Source: Takakia lepidozioides (Eukaryota > Plantae > Bryophyta). Taken from it: a DNA stretch of 64,000 bases. Positions within the stretch are counted from its first letter, which is position 1. The number at the start of each line of letters is the position of its first letter. Below, piece after piece: positions 11,001-22,388 of this stretch. Under the pieces are notes generated by a model. The model made no database searches and was not told the DNA's origin. It saw only the letters and a program-made list of their open reading frames with translations. The stretch spans positions 29,636,001 to 29,700,000 of the forward strand of contig CM060732.1 of NCBI GenBank assembly GCA_030704615.1, given 5' to 3'. The translations under genes and the position numbers were made by a program.

Positions 11001-14000
11001 TGAAAGCTGAAAAAAAGATGAAAGATAGGAGTAGACTTGTTAGCCTGAGTATTTTTTAAGTGCAGGTATCAATCACCCCAACTTTTGTGGTCCACTATGA
11101 CCATGTACGACTTGTTTTTGACCCTGCCTTAAGAACATCTTCTTAAGCACATGAATGAAACAAGTAGTACGTTAATTTGTCTTGATGCCATTGATTGAGC
11201 CTTTGAATTTGAAAGAGAGCACATCACTGGAACAAGGTCCTTATCAGGCTGGTTGGTAAACTTCATGGAGCTGCTGCTGGATGGAGCAGTGGAAACATGC
11301 ATAGTGTAGTGCTGTGGGAATGTTTGCAACGCTGCTGGCAAGATGATGTGTACATAGAGGCAGTCTCTGACAAGTTTTTACGGTTGACTCTCCAGCTGTT
11401 TTCCAGGTTTGGCTCTTGGAAAGATGAGAGGGGATCTAAGACCATGGCAGGCACTTTGCACATACGGTGTTGACATTATTGCTCGATACATGTGATTGTT
11501 GTCTTGCCAAGAAGTGGAATTTCAGTCATCAGTGAATACCTGCAGTACGTAAGGCAACAGAATTAAAACTACACCTATACACCTTAGTGAAGGTCTCACA
11601 AAATACCCATGCGTGCGGAGCTCCATCTTGCGTTTCAGTTTGGACGTTGATTTGCTTGGTGAGGAGCAGTGTGTGTAGGCACCCAAGTTTCTGGTCTGGT
11701 GTGAATTGTCTGATGTCCCAAGGCAGCTCATTAACATTGAAAAGAAGTATCTCAGCAGTCACTTTTCCTTCAGGACCTGTAAATTCCATCAGTAAACGAG
11801 GTGATTGGTAGCAGTACTCTGTGTGGTGCAAACTGCAGGTATGCAACATGGTTGTCAACAGGCCTGGCTGCGCGCAGGGCTGGAACTGTGGTGAACAACC
11901 CTGGAGGGGACTGGGGACTTGTAGCTGCCCCCGAGGATTTTGTTCTTGTATGTGCTGATCTGAGACATTCTGTTTTTGACATTTCTAACCTTAGTACAAC
12001 CTACCTCTATGGAAAGCGACTAAACACAAATATTTGTACTCATTTAGCTGAAGTCTGAACAAGCTGGTTTGTGAGCCCGGCATCTGACACAGGAAGGAAG
12101 GAAGGTAATACTGAAAAGTGGAGAGTATGGGGTAGGGTTGACACTTCAGAGGAAAGCTGAAATTGAATTGAAGGACTGAAGCTTACAGTCTCAAAGCTTG
12201 TTGACAAGCAGGTGAGGCATGATGTGGAGCTTTTGGTGGACATGGTGAAAGGGTCCTACATGAACCATGTACTTGGGCTGTTGAGTGGAACCCCTGAGGA
12301 TGTCCGTGCAGTGGTATGCCAAAGCCTGTTGCAGGGTGCTCAATCATTGCTAGCGATTGTGCCTGGCCTCTCTGATGTCCTCACAGAGGCATTGGCTGAA
12401 AAATGTGTGGAGGTTAGTGCTTTTGTCTTGCCCATAATATTGTCCTCTCTCTCGGTTTCGTACATCTGTAGAGTGCCCCCTTGGGTCTCCCGTTGACATA
12501 ATTATTGTCTTCCCTTCTCTTTTGATCGGCTATGTACCATGGGTTGGCGAAGTTGTGCAATATACCTCAGACTGGGTGGTTTTATTTCCCTTGGACTTTG
12601 TAAAGTTTGTTTCTTTCTATGTGTCTAACAGTTCACACTCCAGTGTTACAGTGACAGTGTGTCTCACAGTGGCCCAGTGATAGTCATTGGGTACATTCTC
12701 TTTTTCCCTTGCATGAAACAGGACATGGCTTCAATTGGTTGCATGAGCAGATTTCCTTAGGATCTTACAGGAGGGATCCGGCAGAAACATGCTGGCATTG
12801 GATCATTTGCCGTTTATTATGATGCTACGGTCATCAATTACGATAATGGTCAAAGTAGGCGTTCCAGTCCAGCTCAAACCATAGGTAATTGCAATGGCAA
12901 ATATGGTGGCAGGTGCTAAGACAAGCAAAGGGAATCACAGCAACATATCGGATGACCAATAAGCCTCTTCCGAGTCGGCCATCTCCCTACGTATCTAGTG
13001 TTCTTCAGCCTCTCAAGGTACCTCCATGAGTTCTTTCGATCACTGCAATTTGGGGTTGTGGCATCTCTGTCTCATTCATTCCCTCTCTTCTCTTCCCTTG
13101 TCCTTTCTAATGTTGTGATGATTGACTGCAACAAAGTCATTAAACCAGGTTCTAGGTGCATGAACTTAGTAGAATGAACACAACACTTTCCTCTGTTACT
13201 AAGAGTATTTTTTGCTCAATGTCTTTTCAGACTTTCATTGAAGATAAGCGTTCTGCATATTTGACAAAGGAGATGCGGGAGAAGCTGCTTGTGTCTGTAT
13301 GCAAAAAGATAACATCGGGCTATGATGTGCTGGCACACGAGATCGTTACTGTGGTCCGTATTTCATTGTCTTCAAAGGGGTGTTACTCAGGTTTGGTGTT
13401 TCTAAAGTTGAAGTGTGACCTGTTGGTTACGTGCAATGTCAAGTCTTCTGTATGGATTGGCACTAAACTATCTGGACATCTAGTGGGTTCTTTCCTTGGA
13501 TTATAAGTTGGTTTTGACCAACAGTGGTCTGGTGGTTGGTCAACATCAGGCTAGGAAAACAGAATCATCGCTCCAGCGGTTGAGACAGGGAGCACGCCAG
13601 CGCGGGGCTGGTGCTGGAACTGACGCAAATGACAATATGTCTGACAGTCTGTGTGACAAAATCTGTGCTCAGCTCTTCCTTGATGTCCAGGTATATTGTT
13701 TAGTGCATCTCTTCACAGGGAAAAAGAGGCTTATGTGACCATCTTTTGAGCCCAGCATACCACCTTAGGCAAATCTGTGAATGCACTTAAATTGCTTATT
13801 ATGTTTCTAGGATGCACTTTATTCAGGATGATCCATGCCCCTCCCACCAACTGGGATTGCTTCCATCTCATGGATAGAAGGATTGATACAAAGCCTGTGA
13901 GGAGAAAAGTTGGACCTTGCCAATTTCTCAAATATTTCCAAATTTCTTTTGCACTGTCCCTTTGCTGGTTCGATGAAGGTAGAAAAGTGCAGCAAACACT

Positions 14001-14410
14001 CCAACTCTTAAGGACCATTCTAATCACTTCAATCATCAGACATAGACATGGATGTTGCTATGTGTCATTGCTAGACTTCGATGATACCAATCTCATAGCG
14101 CTAAATTTAGTTTGCTGGACTTGCTGCTACAGATTATGGTGTCGAAAATTTGGCAGAGCTGTAACATTGTGTCTTCTAACTGGATGGAGTGAGACTTCGA
14201 GTCCCTTGTCAGCAAAGAACCGGCTGAGAGTTTAATAGACACTAAGATGTGCGGATGGATGCACTGCAGGAGTATGGGAAGCGCCTTGCAGCTCTGGGCA
14301 TCACGGCAACTGATATGTCTGCCTACACTTCCCTTTGGCAGTGTGTGGCTCCACAAGATAAGCAAAATGATTTGGTTCTAGACCTGGCCAATTTGCATCT
14401 GAGACTCTGA
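5088..14410 (+). CDS. COG2: Conserved oligomeric Golgi complex subunit 2, about 12 exons
   Basis: Exon 1 (5088-5567) has PLWFKKDAF..FDSEAYIADLRRFVPFDTLR..ELVELINRDYTDFVNLSTKLVDVD. Further GT-AG exons at ~5901-6119, 9546-9888, 10151-10312, 10703-10802, ~11248-11406, 11839-11947, 12212-12412, 12913-13017, 13231-13353, 13550-13690 and 14270-14410 (DKICAQLFLDVQ|EYGKRLAALG). The start of exon 6 is atypical (see findings). Confidence 0.9.
6150..6290 (+). mobile_element. Old, heavily 5'-truncated 3'-end fragment of the LINE family, between CT tracts
   Basis: GGGTCGATGGCCACAAGGCTGTTGCAAACAATGTCTTATAAGTAC matches the element 3' ends at 9120-9166, 26739-26785 and 32785-32830. Confidence 0.75.
6316..9166 (+). 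mobile_element. 5'-truncated non-LTR retrotransposon (RT plus C-terminal CCHC), frameshifted, in COG2 intron 2
   Basis: RT motifs KAGGPDGI, NYRGITLL, QAGF, FLDVKKAYD, LMFADD, YTYLG, followed by a CPLC..EDSIHF zinc knuckle. 14-bp TSD TCTCTCCGTGCCAT at 6302-6315 and 9167-9180. Confidence 0.93.
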
Positions 14411-16078
14411 GCACCTCAGCCCAACAGTGAAGGGAGCCTACTTCAATTGTGGGAATTCAGTTGAGGCTGGTGTACCAATCCAAAAGAAAAGAAAACAGCA
14501 TTCACGTCCAAGATTAAAACAATCTTAAAATCATTTCTGAAGTACATACAAGTGAATCGCCCTAATAGACTTCCAGTGCCCTTACATGTATTGTCCATTC
14601 TTAAGGCCACCTGTTTGTGGTCCTTCAAACTATCATGTGCCTCAGATTGTTCACAACACATGTTAGACCATCAGCGTACATCTGGATTGCCTTTTGATTC
14701 CAAGTTATAGCAGGGGATTGAATTGGTAACGAGGGGTGGGTGGTGGGTGGTTTGCACAAATGATTTGCACACAAGATCCTACAATTTTTACTGGATTAAC
14801 CATTGATGGAAGAAGGGACATTGTTGGTTTACATCACGGCTGCAGTCGGCCCTTCATATCTGTTAATCTTTGGGAGTAAGAAAAACTGTAACATTTAAAG
14901 GATTGTAACACTTTAACAGATAAAATTCTTAGGATCAATGAAAAGTTTCATTTATAAAGTTCACTCTTACATAAGGAGCCCTAAAAAATGTTCACTTTAA
15001 CCCTTAAGCGCCCGGTGCCCAATGTTGACTTTTTGAAAAAAGTGGACCCCAGCTCAGAAAAATGAGAATATCTCAGCGAAAAAAAAGTTTTTGGGAAAAT
15101 TGACCGGACATTATGCTCATACCTACCCCTTCCACACACCGGTAAATTTGCAGGCCAATCAGGCGAAAATCCACCGTTGAGTGTGGGGCCCATTTTTGGG
15201 GCCCCTCCCAAAACAATAAGGGAAATTGGAAAACAATAAGGGAAATTGGAGGAATTTGCAATTTTCACTGACGGGATGAAATCTGCAGGATCTCATCCTG
15301 CTTACAGGTGTTGTCCAGCACATTGGCATTCTGATGAGCCATAGAATGCAAAAAATGGATTCATATTTTCTGATTTACACCTGGTCAAAGTAAGGGGGGT
15401 CAAAATGTGTGAGTGGGAATTGAACCCAGTGGCCTGCCCCAACTGGCAGCTCATACAAAGAAAGACCGACATGTGGCCAACACTAGCATCAAATCAGACT
15501 CAGAAAAACTAGAGATGAACCCACATTTACACGCCGAATTGTGTGAGTGGGAGTTGAACCCACTAACTTGCCCCAATTGGCAACTCACACATGAACACAA
15601 GGGGGGAGACTCCTCCCCAGGGAGGGAAGGAGTCTCCACCCTTGTGCGCACCCCCGCTTGACTAGGGGACTACCACATAATTATACTAGACACAAAGAAA
15701 ATGGACTCAGTCGTAATTGAAACACAAAATTGTTGCAGCAAAGACCTCGGAGCTACATAAACACTAAGGCAAAAAGCTGGAGTAGCAAACAAATCATTCA
15801 GATCAGGACTCAGTGAACCCCAATACTGCACAACCACAAAATTATACCTCTCCTTGGACTGTCAAGCGACTCTCTACGGCTGGATCCTCAGTACAAACGT
15901 TTCATGGCTACCAACAACAAACCAACCCCCAAACACACCACTGCTTAGAAAAAGACAGAACACCACTACATAGAAAAAGTGTCGTAAGGAGGATACCCCC
16001 TCTTTGGCATCAAAGGTCTCCACATCAGTGTAGTAAGAAATCAACCATATCAATTACTGAACATAGAAGTATCTATAA

Positions 16079-18191
16079 TCAGAGAAGGCTATGGCTCTTG
16101 ACAAAGCATCCTCCAAGGCACATATACACATCTCCACACGCGTGACAAAAATACCTTTGACGCATACCGCACTGAACACACTTCCTCCTCCTACTAGTCT
16201 TGAGGGAGAAATGCACAGACCCCGGGTTGGGCACATCTGCCCCTGGCATTACCGTTCTCCTGGGAGGAACCCACCCCACAATTAGTCTCTTTGCAACCTC
16301 CAAATTGAAAAGCATGTGGCTAAGAGGAATGTGAACCCTTTCCCCTCATAAAACCCAGGTACAATATGTAAGCATTCACCAAAGAAGTGTCAACTCCATG
16401 AAAGTACAAGCGGTGCCACCATTTATGGTCTCTGGTCTGAACAGAGTAGTAACCCCGTAGCTGATCCTGAACATCCACTCCCCGCATGTGCTGCTGGTAA
16501 TGAACCACAATAAGGGAGGTAGGCACATCACGTCTTGCCCCTTTGTGCCATCTTTGTATGAAGTAATCAGGACCGACAGGGGAAATGGAAGTGGAAATCA
16601 TGGTCACCAACTTGGCATCCATCCAGGCAATAGCGGCTACTTTGCCACTTATGTGAACACGATATTCCAGCCTACCTCTCTCACCCTTTTTCCCCAAATC
16701 AAGGCACGTAGGAAAACCCACTCGGGAGGTTTTTACCGTGCCAGTAGCATAGATCTGTTTTGCTGCCAAATCATAGAACAGGATGGGGCTACTGAAAAAA
16801 TTATCCATCGTTACAATATGGCCCTTACCCTCAAATCCTTCTAGTAACCTTGTCACCACGCCATATCCACTGCCATGGGTCATATCATTCCCATCATCCT
16901 TCCCAAGGTAAACCTCTAACTTCTGAACATATTTGGAACATGCACCATACAAACACCACACCTTCAGACCCCACTGCACAGGCTTCTTGCTCAGATATTG
17001 CTGGATTCGGGCATATTTGCCCTTGTACTTCACCATTTGCTCATCCACAGTCAAATTCTGCTCGGGGCTCATGTAGGTGGCATACAAACCATTTAGTGCA
17101 TGTAGCAACCACCTGGTTTTAGCTAACTTATCAAAAGCAGGGTCAGTGTCAATAGTGCATACATCCTTGTTGTCAACAAGGTGGAGGCACCTCAAAATTG
17201 CCTCCCATCGGTTGCGGGACATAATGCGCATGATGGAAGGGCAATTGAAGAAGGCATTGTTGGCTTTCCAATACAATCTAGTACTAGGCAATTTTTTGAT
17301 TCCCATGAGCATGTGAACAGCAAGCCAAGCCTTCAATTCACGGATGGTGATAGGGTACCACCATCTACCTCCTTTCAGGTTTCCATTCTGGTTTTCTGTC
17401 CTGGCATACAAGTTGGTCATGCTGCAAATTCGGCGCATGACCGACAGTGGCCAAAACAAATTGAAAAAATCAACTGGATTTGCTGAATCTCCAAAAGGCA
17501 AACGAGGACCCGAATCCCCACCTAACCATGTAATGTCTGGCAATTCAGTAGCAGAGGAGTTCCACATGTCATCACCAAACAACTCAGCAGGACCCCACTG
17601 CTCCCAATTGGGCGGCAAATCATATAATCCCACCTCGCGCGTTGGATTCCCCGTGTCAACACAGTAGTCCATCAAGTCAGGATTGTCGATGTCAACAAGG
17701 TCATCATCTTCTGGATTATAGTCACAATCAGAATCTGATTCACTATCATCTACTTCCCCCTCAGGCAATTCAACTTCAGAATCCAACCCCAAGAGCTCAG
17801 GGATAGTGCACAACATTGAATCATCAAGATTACACACAACACAGGACTGTGACGATACCACATGAACACCAAGGATACCAAAAAAAGAGACAGTATAATT
17901 TTTTGTACCATTCAGGATGTCCCATGTCTTGTCTACCACAGTACCATATCCAAATTCGTGGGCATTGCTAGACGATGCCACATCCTGAAGGTGCAGCTCA
18001 GCCACTGCCACCTTCACTGTGGATCCCAAAATCCCTATGTCCTCCATAGTTTGGGAGTGACCAGCAGGATCACATAGTGGATTTTGAGAGTTGCGCAAGG
18101 AGTAGGTCGAATTGCCCATCTCCTCACTCATGAAATCAAAAGAGGGTTCAATACGATTACCTCTCTCCCTGGCCAATTGTTTGAGCCTCAT
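16079..18191 (-). CDS. piggyBac DDD transposase; C-terminal Cys-rich domain separated by a +1 frameshift near 16340
   Basis: Catalytic motifs LTVDEQMV, VTMDNFFSS, MRGVDVQDQ, plus KPVQWGLKVW, ATGTV and KWWHRLYF. The shifted frame continues (ERVHIPLSH)MLFNLEVAKRL..RRKCVQC..RYFCHAC..MCLGGCFVKSH (ORF 16079-16315). Confidence 0.9.
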
Positions 18192-18540
18192 CGTGGCTGG
18201 CAAAAGACGTCTGGAAGTTAGGCCAAACCTCGAGCCTCAAAATGTCGTTGACCTCTGCGCTGAACCCAAGGGGGTCTCCTTCCTCCTTGCGATCTACCCA
18301 ACCCAAAATCTCTGCACAATGGCGCCTAAACAAGTAACGAAAGTTGGAGGGCTGTGGAAATCCAGGCCAACGCACACGAGCAGGTCTCTTCAAACACAAG
18401 AGGTAGTCCTTATTCAGGCACCCGACAATCCGCTCGACTTGCTCGGTTGATGCGCCCAGTGAGCGTGCCCACTTGGCAATCGATGCAGCTTGAGTCTCCA
18501 AATGCGCAGGTGCAGGGGGAGGCAACACACCCGAACCCAT
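18157..18540 (-). CDS. 127-aa ORF upstream of, and overlapping, the piggyBac transposase (accessory gene, first exon or frameshifted N-terminus)
   Basis: ATG-initiated, protein-like composition, same strand as the transposase and inside the TIRs. A GTAATC donor-like site overlaps its stop codon. Confidence 0.5.
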   Translation of the reverse strand: MGSGVLPPPAPAHLETQAASIAKWARSLGASTEQVERIVGCLNKDYLLCLKRPARVRWPGFPQPSNFRYLFRRHCAEILGWVDRKEEGDPLGFSAEVNDILRLEVWPNFQTSFASHDEAQTIGQGER

Positions 18541-19908
18541 CTTATATTATGTAGCTTCAACCTTCATCCACCAATTTGCATATGCACACAAGGATAAACA
18601 CAAAGATGAGCTACACGATGCCCTAACTGCGCATAGTCTAGCTCAGGTATCAAACAATGAACATTGCCTTGAATGCGCACCCTGAGTATCAATGCAAAGC
18701 CGGCCCATCTTCTCTCACAGCTATGGCTCAGTCTCTGTAGCGGTGCCACAATTTCCAAGTTTCCTCAACTGAAAGAGAAAGAGATAATGGAAGATGCAAT
18801 CGGAGCACATCACCAACGGCAACCTGTCAAGGCATCTGCAACGGCAACCTACAACAAAGTATGGAACACACGCGAACGCCACAACAGACGAGATCACAGC
18901 ACAAGGGGAAGGAGAGAGACGACGCTGAAAACGCGGGAGCAAGCCAAAATCGCTGCAGAAGCAGACCCCACCTCCTACGCAGCCAAAAATTGCAACCCTA
19001 ACCAAAAAAAAAAACCTAATCGCGCGTTGGAATCCTGACTGCCATGTGGCTGGCATCCTACCCTCCAAAAATCAGGTTAATCGGTTCAAATCCGAGAAAA
19101 ACAGAGGGGAAAAACCAAAACCAATGGCCGAAAACGGGTCGAATGGGCGCTTAAGGGTTAATAGAACTATGAGAAGTGTATGTGTTGCTCTTCAATGTAA
19201 CCCCAGTAGATTTTAGAGATGCACAGTTTGCTCTTTGAAACATTGTTCTTGTAGCAGAGGTCGACAAATGTCATGCACTTGGTAGACAAGTTAGAGAAAT
19301 TTGCAAAGGGTGTAGAGATATTGAGAACGGCACATTCACATCAGACATGTATAGAATCTTTCTCACTGCCTGTAGATCATCAGCGGTGACTGCAATTTTT
19401 CCCTTGGTCATTATTCAAAGAGCGGAGTAAACAGTGTTACAGTTAGACACTTAAAACGCTTGCTTAGTGCACCCAAGTAGCCTGAGGGAGTAAGAATTAT
19501 GCTAACACATTTAGTTTTTAACCCTTGAAGGATATGGAGGTAATAGATATGGAGGGCCGACTGATCATGGATGACTGCCCAATAGTTAGGGTTTGATAGA
19601 TAGATCTGTTTTTTGGAGGTCACATTGTGTGGCGTATCACGAGGAAACAACAAACAGCAATGGTGGTGGCTACATGGGGGGATGGTGGAGATCAGGTCAC
19701 GCTCCCCACAACACAAGCATTTCCATGCAAGAAGATCGCTCGCACAGTTGGGCTTCATTCCTGACGATTCCACCGGTTGCCACAAGGTACGTTGTTTGTG
19801 TGCGATGCCTCTCGTTCCAGGATCGATTGCTTCATCGGCATCGAAGGCAGTTGATTGTACGTGCAATGGGTGATTCGCCTCCCTCGCATTTGTCTCTCTA
19901 GATCGGCT

Positions 19909-21234
19909 ATGGCCGTTCTTGCTCTGAGCAACTCTGGCTGCTTTGGGGCATTAAGAGCAGCCCCACCACATCTATGGCGGAAACCATGGGTGAGCAGTTC
20001 GAGAGCACGCCGCTGTCATGCAACACTAGCTTCTTGCTTAGAACAATCGCATGTGGTGATTTCCCCTGTGTTGGAGCATTCGCAAGTAGTGGCCCCTTCA
20101 CGGAGTATTGAGAAGGTAGTGTTGAAAGACATGACATACCCTGAGCTCCAGACTTGGGTGGAATCCATCGGGCACAAACCTAGTCGGGCTTTGATGTTGT
20201 GGAGATGGTTGTACGGGAATGGCAAGTGGGCACGATCGCCAGTTGATATGGAGGGTGTGAGCAAGGATTTCAGGGCTGCATTGGAAGAGAAGGCAGATTT
20301 CAACGCTAATTTGGCTCTCCAAGATGTGCATGTTGCTGGAGATGGTACCCGCAAGTTAGTGTTCGCGGTGGATGAGAGTGTCACCATTGAAACTGTGGTG
20401 ATTCCAGGTGCGCGCGGCCGCAGCACTGTCTGTGTTTCCAGTCAAGTGGGATGTGCCATGAAGTGCCAGTTCTGCTTCACTGCGAAGATGGGGCTTAGAG
20501 CCCACTTGAGCGCAGCCCAAATTGTAGAGCAGCTGGTGGTGGCGTCTCGATTGTTTAGTGAGGATCTCGGACCCATCACCAATGTGGTATTCATGGGGAT
20601 GGGTGAGCCACTACACAACGTGGAGAACGTGATCCGGGCTGCAAATATCATGGTCAATGAGCAGGGCCTGCATCTCAGCCCACGCAAAGTGACTGTCTCA
20701 ACCAGTGGCCTTGTGCCTCAGATTCGGCTCTTCTGCCGCAGGTCTCCGTGCTCGCTCGCAGTGAGCCTAAATGCCACCACTGATGAAGTACGAAGTGAAA
20801 TCATGCCCATCAATCGAAAATATAGTTTACAAGTGTTGCTGGATGCAGTAAGGGAGGAGGTGTTATTGCACAGACCAGGTGGGCACGTTTTCTTCGAGTA
20901 CGTGCTCCTCGCTGGCGTGAACGACACCAAAGAAGATGCGAGCAGGCTGGTGAAACTAGTAGAAGGAATTCCATGTAAGATCAACCTTATCATTTTCAAT
21001 TCACATTCAGGATCAAAATTTAAGCCTACTCCAATGCAAGACGTGTTAGCATTCCGAGATACGGTGGCCAATGCTGGGTTAGTAGTCTCTATCCGCGAGA
21101 GCAGGGGGAATGACCAGAAAATGGCATGTGGGCAGCTAGGTAAGATACTTAAACCTAATCCTCCAAGGAGGAGAAACGAAGAGAATTCAAACCCCTTAGC
21201 AGCACAACATGGCGATGCTTTTGATGTCTGCTAG
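19909..21234 (+). CDS. rlmN: RlmN-like radical-SAM RNA methyltransferase with probable organellar transit peptide, intronless
   Basis: VSSQVGCAMKCQFC (CxxxCxxC), MGMGEP, VTVSTSG, SLNAT, FEYVLLAGVND, KINLI, ACGQL. Ser/Arg/Ala-rich N-terminal extension. Confidence 0.95.
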   Translation: MAVLALSNSGCFGALRAAPPHLWRKPWVSSSRARRCHATLASCLEQSHVVISPVLEHSQVVAPSRSIEKVVLKDMTYPELQTWVESIGHKPSRALMLWRWLYGNGKWARSPVDMEGVSKDFRAALEEKADFNANLALQDVHVAGDGTRKLVFAVDESVTIETVVIPGARGRSTVCVSSQVGCAMKCQFCFTAKMGLRAHLSAAQIVEQLVVASRLFSEDLGPITNVVFMGMGEPLHNVENVIRAANIMVNEQGLHLSPRKVTVSTSGLVPQIRLFCRRSPCSLAVSLNATTDEVRSEIMPINRKYSLQVLLDAVREEVLLHRPGGHVFFEYVLLAGVNDTKEDASRLVKLVEGIPCKINLIIFNSHSGSKFKPTPMQDVLAFRDTVANAGLVVSIRESRGNDQKMACGQLGKILKPNPPRRRNEENSNPLAAQHGDAFDVC

Positions 21235-22115
21235 CTGATTGCGCAAGGGATCCTAGAAATTGAATCACAGTGCCAGTCATGGTCCAGGTCTAGGGGTTTA
21301 GGAGATCACTTTGGACTACTTTGGCTGGAGTGGGGATTGATTTGCAACTCAATCCTGCACATTTACAGAAATCCTTCGCATTTTAGATGCATGAGAGATG
21401 GTGGTGCCATACTCCAAGCACTTTGTACAAAATTGTTTTGCAAGGGCTTTCTATCATAGGCAATCAAAGTGCAGCTTTTCTGTTGGAGTCTGGAGGCTTT
21501 GCCAGAAGTTTGAGATAAGTCTTTCGTTGTTATACCTGTGCTTCTTGCCACCATCGGGTAATTGGGGCCATAGGCTTCTTACATCCCAGGTCCTTATGAA
21601 ATGCGAAAATGTGATGAGAGACGTATCTGAGCTCAAGTCTGATCATTTGTATTATATTATCCAACTCGTTTGCTAACTGTTGCTTAGCTTCATGAACCAC
21701 ACCAAAGGCACAACACTGAAGGGCTATGACGTTGAGTCCAGCGCTGCCACAGCTCCCCAGGCCCCCTACCTCTCACACAGATGACAGTTGGGCGGCACAT
21801 CATCAAAAACAGTGAACACCGAATTTATTTCAGAAATCGAAGCGCTAGTCCTTGCAGTATACCGGACTCCAAGATCTTGCAGTATACCGACTCCAAGATC
21901 TCATGAACGAGTATTTAATAAGGAAAACATTCGAGGATGCCAACTGTACTAGTCTTAATTTGGACCTAGGGGAAGAGACACAGGCACACAAAAAAAGTGT
22001 AAAGATGCACCTCCACACTCTGCATCAGCTACTCCAAAGAGGAAGCTTGACATCAACTTCTAATAAACCCTGACAGGGTTTGACACTTGCCCCAAAGTTA
22101 GAGAGGGACAACAAC

Positions 22116-22388
22116 CTAAGTATGGCCAATGTTTTCAGAACTGCTGACGCGCAAGGTAGAATCATTAAGTTGATGCTGTGCCTGGGCTTCATGACATGCC
22201 TTCAATGCCTTCACTTCTGTTTGGCAAGCTTTCCAGTCTCTGTTGGTCCTGACCAAGCAATCCTGCAAGCATTTGTAGAGACGCCCACACTCGTGCAGCT
22301 GCTGCACGCTCTCGTCGTCGTCTTCCTCGTCGTGGGTGCTGGCGGGGGAACGCCTCGCTGCCGCCATCGCTCTCGAGTCCATTTTCAA
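22116..22388 (-). CDS. Twin CX9C (CHCH) mitochondrial intermembrane-space protein, COA4/Cox19-like
   Basis: Acidic stretch followed by C-GRLYKCLQD-C..NRDWKA-C-QTEVKALKA-C, i.e. two CX9C motifs. Confidence 0.8.
   Translation of the reverse strand: MKMDSRAMAAARRSPASTHDEEDDDESVQQLHECGRLYKCLQDCLVRTNRDWKACQTEVKALKACHEAQAQHQLNDSTLRVSSSENIGHT

Larger units (their letters stand above)
15001..19157 (-). mobile_element. Full-length piggyBac-superfamily DNA transposon
   Basis: Perfect 13-bp TIRs CCCTTAAGCGCCC (15001-15013) and GGGCGCTTAAGGG (19145-19157). TTAA on both sides (14997-15000, 19158-19161). Encodes a piggyBac-type transposase. Confidence 0.95.

Noticed and set aside
10900-11030. AAAGATG-rich repeats in a COG2 intron
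   Set aside because: Ordinary low-complexity sequence.
16338-16346. G GGA AAG slippery-like heptamer as programmed frameshifting in the piggyBac
   Set aside because: A -1 slip leads to a stop; the Cys-rich domain is in the +1 frame.
21852-21902. ~25-bp tandem duplication TTGCAGTATACCG(G)ACTCCAAGATC
   Set aside because: Simple two-copy slippage in a 3' intergenic region.
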